The translations under genes were made by a program, and so were the position numbers. From a virus (lineage: Duplodnaviria; Caudoviricetes): a stretch of 64,000 nt of DNA. Below are positions 57,484 through 64,000 of the stretch, in pieces. Every line of letters starts with the position of its first letter. Position 1 is the first letter of the stretch. The notes beneath the pieces are model-generated. The model was not told the DNA's origin. It ran no database searches and was given only the letters and a program-made list of their open reading frames with translations. The stretch is from the IMG/VR virus record IMGVR_UViG_3300008267_000039, positions 61-64,060 of that record; one strand, written 5' to 3'.

Positions 57484-59676
57484 TTAAAAATTATAATCCT
57501 TCGTGAAAACATCCCAACCATCTTTTTTCAGGATTTCGTAATCCGGTATGTTGGAAAATTCGTCTTTTATTCCAATCGGATCACTAAAAACAGTTGGAAG
57601 TGGCATAAATGCCTGACCATCTTTTTCGTTGACATATATATTACTCGGAGAAACAATGTCAGTAATTCCATAATCTATTGGTTTTATTTTAAGGGGTCTC
57701 TGATTGTCATCCATTGCAATCATCTCATAATATCTTTTGCAGATATCGTTGAGAAAAACGGCAGTTGCCCAGACAAGGGCCATAACCCTGTCATCTAAAG
57801 TATTTGCTGTTCTACCACTCCACGTTCCATTTGGGTGTCGAATGAAGTCCTTGATTTCATTTAGGGTTTTAATATCCCTTATTTTGATACTTCTCATTTC
57901 GTTGAGAAAATATCTCATATTTGTAACGGCTTCGATTTTTGAATTGAAGTGGCTAACAATACCTGCCTTGTTGTTGACTTTGAATTCATTTGCAACAACA
58001 CCTCTTGTTCCCCAAGTTACGACATTTTCATAACCATAGTTCATTTTTAAAGAATCGATAACTTGTGCTCCACATCCGTTTCTTTCAACGAGAACTGGCG
58101 GTCTTCCCCATTGTTGTAGGAGATCGTGTAATTTTTGGGCGAAATAATATGGAGATATTTTCTTTGTATAATAGACCGCATCTTGTGTGATGTTTGTAAG
58201 GTCTGTGATGTTTAGAATCTGACATACTGTGGCATTTTGATTCAATCCCTCTCCTACGTCCACACCAATAACATAGTGACATTTTTCATTTGGTTCATCC
58301 CATACCACATATTGACCATCATCGAAAACATATTCTGGGTCTTTGCATCCAGATTCAAGCATTTTATAAACATCCTCGTCAATTGGAATTTCACCAGATG
58401 CTAAGAATGCATTTTCGAATTCTTGTGCAAAAAGTTCTCTTGAACCAATCGTTCTCATGGTTTCTGCTTTCCATTTTTCGTCTCTATTTGGAACTTCCCA
58501 CCAATCCACTCTTTCTGGATGCCATCCATTCCAACCATCTCCTTTTTTATTGGAATCTTCCCAAAGGTTGTGAAAAAGATTTCCTATGCCTTTTGGTGTG
58601 GATGCGACAAGAATTTTGGATTTTTTTGCAGATGAAATAATTGGATAAACTGATGCCCAGAAATCGGATAATAATCCGCTGTCAATATGCGCAATTTCAT
58701 CAACCACAAGCACATTTACAGATTCGCCACGACCCGCATCACTACTTGTTGTTGAAATACCAATAGAAGAGCCATTGGAAAGCATGATATTTGTTTGACC
58801 ATATTCCACAGCACCAGCCTTAATAAAATTTGGCATCATTTCAAATGCTGTTTTAATTCTTTTGAGAATCATTTTTGCAGTTTGTTCCTTGTTTGCGACA
58901 ACAAGAATTCTTTGATCTTCTTCAAAAAGAGCAACCCAAAGAGCATAAATTGTCATCAAAGTTGTGTTTGATGTTGCAATGTTTGTTTTTCCACAGAGAA
59001 ATAAACTATCCTTGGAATCCACAGTAATGCAACGGACTGGAACGGATTCCACTTCTTTAATGGAAACAATATTATCAAAATCCCTTTGTTCCGGATTCAA
59101 TTCAGTGTTTTTACATCTTGGAATTTTGTGGAATATTTTACTATCCACAATTTCTTGTGTGGTTTTAACAGAACCTGAATTTTCTTTTTCTGAAATTGTA
59201 AACCAACGATGATCCGCATCTGCAACAATCTTTTCTCCATTTTCAAATTCTATTTCGTAACATTTTCTATCATGTAAAATATCATGGGCTTTGACAACAT
59301 TACAGGGATTTCCATCGAGACCAAAAACAACATCTCCGTCTTTTAATTCTCCCATTGTTGTCCAACCGTTTGGGGTTTTAATTGGAGTATCCAGTGCCAA
59401 TGCTTTTCCTATCTGTCTAGAAGCCAACAAAATGTTGAATCTATTTTCGCTCAATGCCTTCAAAATTCTTTTTTGAAACTTGTGTAATTTAATTTTCTGT
59501 CTACCTTCATCCACATTGATGATATAAAAGTAATTGCTTGCAAAGTGTAGAATATTTTTTCTACATTTCGCAATCTCCTTGATCATATCAGGAGTGTAAT
59601 CGTATTCCGTCTGTGCTGTGGGAAGGTTTGTATTCCCCAAATAAAATTTTTCTTTTGGACCTTTTTTTGCTGCCAT
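57484..59676 (-). CDS. gp17: Terminase large subunit with intein
   Basis: SRQIGK|TT Walker A, VVDE Walker B, STPKG, GVDVGEG nuclease, DDRVMAL. Confidence 0.96.
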   Translation of the reverse strand: MAAKKGPKEKFYLGNTNLPTAQTEYDYTPDMIKEIAKCRKNILHFASNYFYIINVDEGRQKIKLHKFQKRILKALSENRFNILLASRQIGKALALDTPIKTPNGWTTMGELKDGDVVFGLDGNPCNVVKAHDILHDRKCYEIEFENGEKIVADADHRWFTISEKENSGSVKTTQEIVDSKIFHKIPRCKNTELNPEQRDFDNIVSIKEVESVPVRCITVDSKDSLFLCGKTNIATSNTTLMTIYALWVALFEEDQRILVVANKEQTAKMILKRIKTAFEMMPNFIKAGAVEYGQTNIMLSNGSSIGISTTSSDAGRGESVNVLVVDEIAHIDSGLLSDFWASVYPIISSAKKSKILVASTPKGIGNLFHNLWEDSNKKGDGWNGWHPERVDWWEVPNRDEKWKAETMRTIGSRELFAQEFENAFLASGEIPIDEDVYKMLESGCKDPEYVFDDGQYVVWDEPNEKCHYVIGVDVGEGLNQNATVCQILNITDLTNITQDAVYYTKKISPYYFAQKLHDLLQQWGRPPVLVERNGCGAQVIDSLKMNYGYENVVTWGTRGVVANEFKVNNKAGIVSHFNSKIEAVTNMRYFLNEMRSIKIRDIKTLNEIKDFIRHPNGTWSGRTANTLDDRVMALVWATAVFLNDICKRYYEMIAMDDNQRPLKIKPIDYGITDIVSPSNIYVNEKDGQAFMPLPTVFSDPIGIKDEFSNIPDYEILKKDGWDVFTKDYNF
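58966..59403 (-). mobile_element. Class-3 mini-intein (146 aa) in the terminase Walker A motif
   Basis: Starts ALALDT (Ala1); ADADHRW, VRCITV; ends IATSN with Thr at +1; no endonuclease domain. Confidence 0.9.
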
Positions 59677-59731
59677 TTCAAATATTTAGAACGAGTTTGA
59701 AAAAATAAAACGAAATCTTAAATAATTCAAA

Positions 59732-60214
59732 ATGGAAATGTTTTCAAAATATTCAAAGAATGATAATGCAATGTGCGGTCTTTTTGGAAAGTTTTCAGAA
59801 AATTTTGAAACTATTAATTCGACAGTCATAGGTGTGATCACTCAAGAAGAATATTTGGGTGTTAGATTTTTAATAGATTGTATAGATGATAGGTTTTTTT
59901 CCGATGAAAATTTAATTGATTATTTTGAAAATTTCGTAGAAAATATTTCTTTCAAATCCATAACATCTGTGAAATTTAAAAATTACAACGAAAAAGACGA
60001 TATTGAACTTCTTGTCAAAGAAATCATGCAATATAGTGAAGAAATAATAAATCAAAACGAAACGATTGCGATAGAGATACCAACAACAGATAATAAAACA
60101 TTTGATTTGAAAACAAATTTCTCAAAAACCTTTATTTCAACTAACCAAAAAAACAAAAAAATTCTATTACTAACAAACAATAAATCTTTAATTGAACTTT
60201 ATGAAAAAATTTAA
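59732..60214 (+). CDS. Hypothetical protein
   Basis: 160-aa ORF with TAAATA upstream. Confidence 0.65.
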   Translation: MEMFSKYSKNDNAMCGLFGKFSENFETINSTVIGVITQEEYLGVRFLIDCIDDRFFSDENLIDYFENFVENISFKSITSVKFKNYNEKDDIELLVKEIMQYSEEIINQNETIAIEIPTTDNKTFDLKTNFSKTFISTNQKNKKILLLTNNKSLIELYEKI

Positions 60215-60788
60215 TACTTTAGTCAAAAAATTGTTGTTAAACGAAGCTCCTATGTTTTTTGAGAAAATCTTACCAATAAATTTAAACGATGAATCAAAAA
60301 ATGAAGAAATTGTAAAGAGTTGTTTTAAAAATGGAGAAAAACTCAATTCATTTGAAGGTAGAGATGTTTACAAAAATATCATCAGTCAAAACTATTATTA
60401 TTTTTGTTTTATTCAAAACGATGTAGCTGATGCATATGTTGAATTTTCAATAGATGGTGACGGGATAATGAATAGCGGAACCGTTGTACAAAGAAAATCC
60501 GAAGATACTAAAGGTTTTTTGAGGCGAGTTTTTTTAAATTATTTTTCACAAAGTTTCCCTAGTGTAACGTTGGATCAAGTTGCAAATACGTTAGGTACAA
60601 ATTTTTTCAAAAAACTTTTAAATGAAGCGAATAAAAAAGGATTTAGAGCAACCGTTTTCAATAATAGAACAAAAGAAGAAACAGATTACATAGAAGAAGA
60701 TTTTGAAAAATATTGGGCTGGCCTGAGCCATATAAAAGATAAAAAACCAAATCCAACTAATTTGGTTTTTAAAATATATTTCAAGTAG
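60201..60788 (+). CDS. Hypothetical protein, possible GNAT-like fold
   Basis: MKKFNTLVKKLLLNEA N-terminus; fold call tentative. Confidence 0.5.
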   Translation: MKKFNTLVKKLLLNEAPMFFEKILPINLNDESKNEEIVKSCFKNGEKLNSFEGRDVYKNIISQNYYYFCFIQNDVADAYVEFSIDGDGIMNSGTVVQRKSEDTKGFLRRVFLNYFSQSFPSVTLDQVANTLGTNFFKKLLNEANKKGFRATVFNNRTKEETDYIEEDFEKYWAGLSHIKDKKPNPTNLVFKIYFK

Positions 60789-60830
60789 TTTGTTATTTTT
60801 GCACATCAAAAGCATAAATAAATTCAAACT

Positions 60831-61682
60831 ATGATGAACAGAGCAAAATCAATCAAAGACATCGGTGATATCTACCGTGCAATGCAACAAGCCAGTGCAG
60901 CAGTTGCTGGACAGCTTAACGAATCAGTATCCAATAGCAAGAAGAGCCAAAAAGTCAAGGCCAAATTCCCAAAGGATACATTTAAAAAATCTGAAGAGAC
61001 TGTAAAAGAACCTTCGACATTTAAAAAGGGCGGACCAAAAAATGTAAAAAATCTCGCCAAGGCAAAGAAAAATGAAAAATTTTCACAAAAAACCAAAAAA
61101 GTTGTGAAGGAAGATATAAATAACTTTATGAGCATATTTGATAAACTCTACGAAGATGTCATGAAAAATGACGAACTAAATCTAAACACAGGCATTGGAA
61201 TGGGACCGGAAGGTTCTGCTGGAGATGTCGAAGACCTTGGTATGGACAGCGATGTCGATACCGACTCTGAAGGCGATGAATCTCCAAAAGACATGCTTCA
61301 AAAGGCAATCGATCTCCTTCAAAAAGTAGCCGATTCAATGGGCGAAGATGAAGGTGAAGACAGCGATCTCGAAGACCTCGGCGTTGAAGATAAAGACGAA
61401 GACGAAGATTACGAAGACCAAGACGATCAAGATGAAGATGATGGTATGTATGAAACCACCGACATCGAGAAACTTCCTGATTCGGCTGGTCACAAGCTCC
61501 AAAAGGGAATGGATGCCGCTGGAAACATCAAGGCTTCTTCTGGTAAAGCCAATGCATCAGTAACCGATACTGTCGGTATCGAGACTGGCAAGCACCCAAT
61601 GGATCACAAGTCAGAGCTTACCAATCCTTCCAAGAACAAAGTTGGAAGCCTCAAGACTGGTAAATCCCTCTTTGATCAATAA
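60831..61682 (+). CDS. Prohead core/scaffold-like protein (basic N-half, acidic C-half)
   Basis: Low complexity; LNE and MYE possible gp21 sites; internal TATAAATA before Met100. Confidence 0.6.
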   Translation: MMNRAKSIKDIGDIYRAMQQASAAVAGQLNESVSNSKKSQKVKAKFPKDTFKKSEETVKEPSTFKKGGPKNVKNLAKAKKNEKFSQKTKKVVKEDINNFMSIFDKLYEDVMKNDELNLNTGIGMGPEGSAGDVEDLGMDSDVDTDSEGDESPKDMLQKAIDLLQKVADSMGEDEGEDSDLEDLGVEDKDEDEDYEDQDDQDEDDGMYETTDIEKLPDSAGHKLQKGMDAAGNIKASSGKANASVTDTVGIETGKHPMDHKSELTNPSKNKVGSLKTGKSLFDQ

Positions 61683-61708
61683 GATTCTAACGACATATTA
61701 AAAACAAG

Positions 61709-61739
61709 AAAACCCCTTGGGATTACCAAGGGGTTTTTT
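61709..61739. terminator. Bidirectional terminator
   Basis: AAAACCCCTTGG / CCAAGGGGTTTTT. Confidence 0.8.
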
Positions 61740-61750
61740 ATTGTGGGGAA

Positions 61751-63313
61751 TTATTGGGGAATTAGTTCGTATTTTAAACTTCCACAGTCGTAGATTCTCT
61801 TGTATCCATTCATTACCATATTTTCTCTTTCAGATAATGCGGGGTCGAAGTTTTCAAGTTTCTCTGCCAAGAATTGTTTTGCAAATGCAAACCTGTGGAA
61901 TCTTTTTCTACAAGTTTTATCCACATACCAATAATTAACATCTGTTTTTTTAACAAGATTAAAATTAAGCCTCTCATATAATTCACCATTTGACCATCTT
62001 CTATCACAAAAGCTCATTACTTTTTTTGGTGCATAATTCTTGATAAAACGAGATAATAGTTTCTGTGCTCCACCATTTATTGTAACATTTCCCATAGAAC
62101 AAAATCTGGTCAATTCGTATTCACCTTCTTGTAGGTTTTGGCCAAGTGCTTTTCTGGATTTGGAAAATGTCATAACAGATAGAAGTCTTTTTCCTTTGAA
62201 CAATCCAAGTCTAATAGATGCGATATCTGCACCCTGTAGATGGTATTTGTTTAGGAATTTGGATGATGTTTCGTGACTAATTGGTTCAATGTGACAATCT
62301 CTTGCATTTACTCTTACTTTATTAAGTCCAAAAATACTCCTCAATCTATTTTCAACTTGTCTTGGTTTTGATTCAATTTCATCTTCAAATATGTGAATTA
62401 ATTTTATTCCCAATTCTAGGCACATTTCAGTCTTCATAAGATGATATCCTTTATCCTTTTTTTCATCACTGTGCCAATGTAAACCATTACATTCTATTGC
62501 AATATTATGTGAAGGAATTTTAAAATCCAACTCGAATTTTTTCAATGTCATTTTGTCTCTTTTTATATGTGCGATACCATATCTTTTTAGAAAATCCTCA
62601 ACAAAGACTTCAATGCTTGTTCCGCTTTTATCGCACAACTTACATCTTATATCGTAATTATTGTTAAGCCAGTGAAGGAAAATATTTCCACAATTTTTAC
62701 ACTTCCATTCGTATTTTGGACCGTAATCATGTGCTCCTTTATATTCATCAAATGTAAACAATGGAATGAGCTTATTATATCGATTTGGAAGATTGCTGAA
62801 ATATCTTTTCTTAATAGCGAGTCCTGTTTTATCTCCAACATATGGTCTTACGATATCGCCATTTTTTAACCTTTCTTTATACTCATCCGTTTTGCAATAA
62901 TTATCCACACCATATTTCGTCAAATTGGTTTGTTTAATCTTTTCCATTCCATACTTTGATGCAAATACATTCTCTGCTCCATATTTTTCCAAATTGGTTT
63001 TTGATGCTTTTTCTTTAATGTGATCATTGTCAGCAAATCTGCAAGGATTACTACAATATGTTTGAAATCTCAATTCCGTTGGATTAAATTTAACATCTTT
63101 TCCGCACATTTTACATACTGGTTTTTCTAGAATATCATTTATATAACAGAAAACTTTTAATGAAAAAGGTTCGGTTATCCAAGGAATGGTTGATTCGATT
63201 AATTCATATGCTTCTTTTCCGAAGTTTTCTATAAACATTTTAGGTTTAAGAAACCGTGTTGTGCCTTTGTATTTTTCGTTTAGAAATGTGATTATTTTTT
63301 CTTTCATACACAA
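61751..63313 (-). CDS. Hef-like putative homing endonuclease
   Basis: Zn-ribbons and TNLEKYG repeats; ELDF...AIECNGLHWHS...IHIFEDE nuclease; C-terminal HLQG...ELTRF...DRRWSNG...IYDCG domain. Confidence 0.75.
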   Translation of the reverse strand: MCMKEKIITFLNEKYKGTTRFLKPKMFIENFGKEAYELIESTIPWITEPFSLKVFCYINDILEKPVCKMCGKDVKFNPTELRFQTYCSNPCRFADNDHIKEKASKTNLEKYGAENVFASKYGMEKIKQTNLTKYGVDNYCKTDEYKERLKNGDIVRPYVGDKTGLAIKKRYFSNLPNRYNKLIPLFTFDEYKGAHDYGPKYEWKCKNCGNIFLHWLNNNYDIRCKLCDKSGTSIEVFVEDFLKRYGIAHIKRDKMTLKKFELDFKIPSHNIAIECNGLHWHSDEKKDKGYHLMKTEMCLELGIKLIHIFEDEIESKPRQVENRLRSIFGLNKVRVNARDCHIEPISHETSSKFLNKYHLQGADIASIRLGLFKGKRLLSVMTFSKSRKALGQNLQEGEYELTRFCSMGNVTINGGAQKLLSRFIKNYAPKKVMSFCDRRWSNGELYERLNFNLVKKTDVNYWYVDKTCRKRFHRFAFAKQFLAEKLENFDPALSERENMVMNGYKRIYDCGSLKYELIPQ

Positions 63314-63358
63314 CTACCTTATCGCCACCTTTAATTTTGTCAAATGATTATTTTAGAA

Positions 63359-63397
63359 CAAAAAAAGAGAGCCAAGAATTTCTTCTTGACTCTCTTA
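63359..63397 (-). terminator. Terminator downstream of the major capsid gene
   Basis: AAGAGAGTCAAGAA / TTCTTGGCTCTCTT stem with a U-tract on the minus strand. Confidence 0.7.
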
Positions 63398-63417
63398 GAG
63401 TTTTGCCTTGACTTCTA

Positions 63418-64000
63418 TTAGAAGTAGACCGAAGTGTTCGCGGGTGTAAACCCTTCACCGAGACCTGCTAACAGAATAGTATGGTAATACAGGTTGGCTC
63501 CGAAGATATTGTCAACAACACCATAGCGGGTCATAAGACCAACACGTGGGCTGAAGTCATTCGGTCCAATTGTCCTTTGGATCATCACGGGGATGTAAGG
63601 GCAATAGATAATACCAGTATCGTAGAACTCTGGGCCTTTGTAACCAAGTAGTGCATATTCGACGCGATTTGCGCGAACTTGCCCTGGTGAAAGGTAAGTT
63701 GAACTACGACCTTGCTCAAATTGAGCTTCTGTACGAGTATCACGGTAAACATTGAACCTTCCTCCGAGATTACCAACCTTTGCGACACCGACAGGCTGAG
63801 TATTTACATTACCTTGGACAGGTACCCACTGAAATTCAGGGAGCATCTCAAGGATGGCAGCAACACGAGGAGTGCAAACGATGAAGTTTGCTGCACCACG
63901 GCGGTTGCGGATTGCAATACGGTTAGCTTCGATGATCAAACGTTGATAGAAATCGCGGTTGCGCTCGACGAGCCAGCGGCCATCGGCAGAAGCAGGACTC
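63418..64000 (-). CDS. gp23: Major capsid protein, 3' part; runs off the window
   Basis: ADGRWLVE...RRGAANF...GYKG...D.G..YCPYIP...F.PR.G..TRYG. Confidence 0.96.
   Translation of the reverse strand, partial: SPASADGRWLVERNRDFYQRLIIEANRIAIRNRRGAANFIVCTPRVAAILEMLPEFQWVPVQGNVNTQPVGVAKVGNLGGRFNVYRDTRTEAQFEQGRSSTYLSPGQVRANRVEYALLGYKGPEFYDTGIIYCPYIPVMIQRTIGPNDFSPRVGLMTRYGVVDNIFGANLYYHTILLAGLGEGFTPANTSVYF

Overview
A 64-kb segment of a large, AT-rich T4-superfamily myophage genome. No tRNA, rRNA or CRISPR array was recognised. It has three zones. (1) About 1-7,000 is an early, host-takeover-type region of small + strand ORFs, each with its own sigma70-like promoter sharing an AAAAATARATTCATTTTTT upstream motif. 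It also holds an HhH DNA glycosylase, a DUF932 protein, an antisense HNH gene and two related ORF-less promoter units. (2) About 7,000-7,630 is a non-coding junction with tandem GG-N10-GC (sigma54-like) repeats. (3) About 7,630-64,000 is mostly late genes behind (TA)TAAATA promoters: putative head-packaged proteins, a T-like holin, gp21, gp4, gp13, a large fiber/baseplate cluster, gp6, gp25, gp44, dUTPase, tail genes, gp17 with a class-3 mini-intein, a Hef-like endonuclease and the 3' end of gp23. The most notable patterns are these. Six structural genes end in a Pro/Thr linker plus tandem ~22-aa modules (13 copies), which may dock fibers that share an N-terminal motif, forming a branched, cellulosome-like appendage system. 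A B-repeat-like domain is split across two genes in permuted order. A splicing-dead intein is expressed as a free-standing gene beside gp21. All family assignments are from motif recognition by eye, not database searches.
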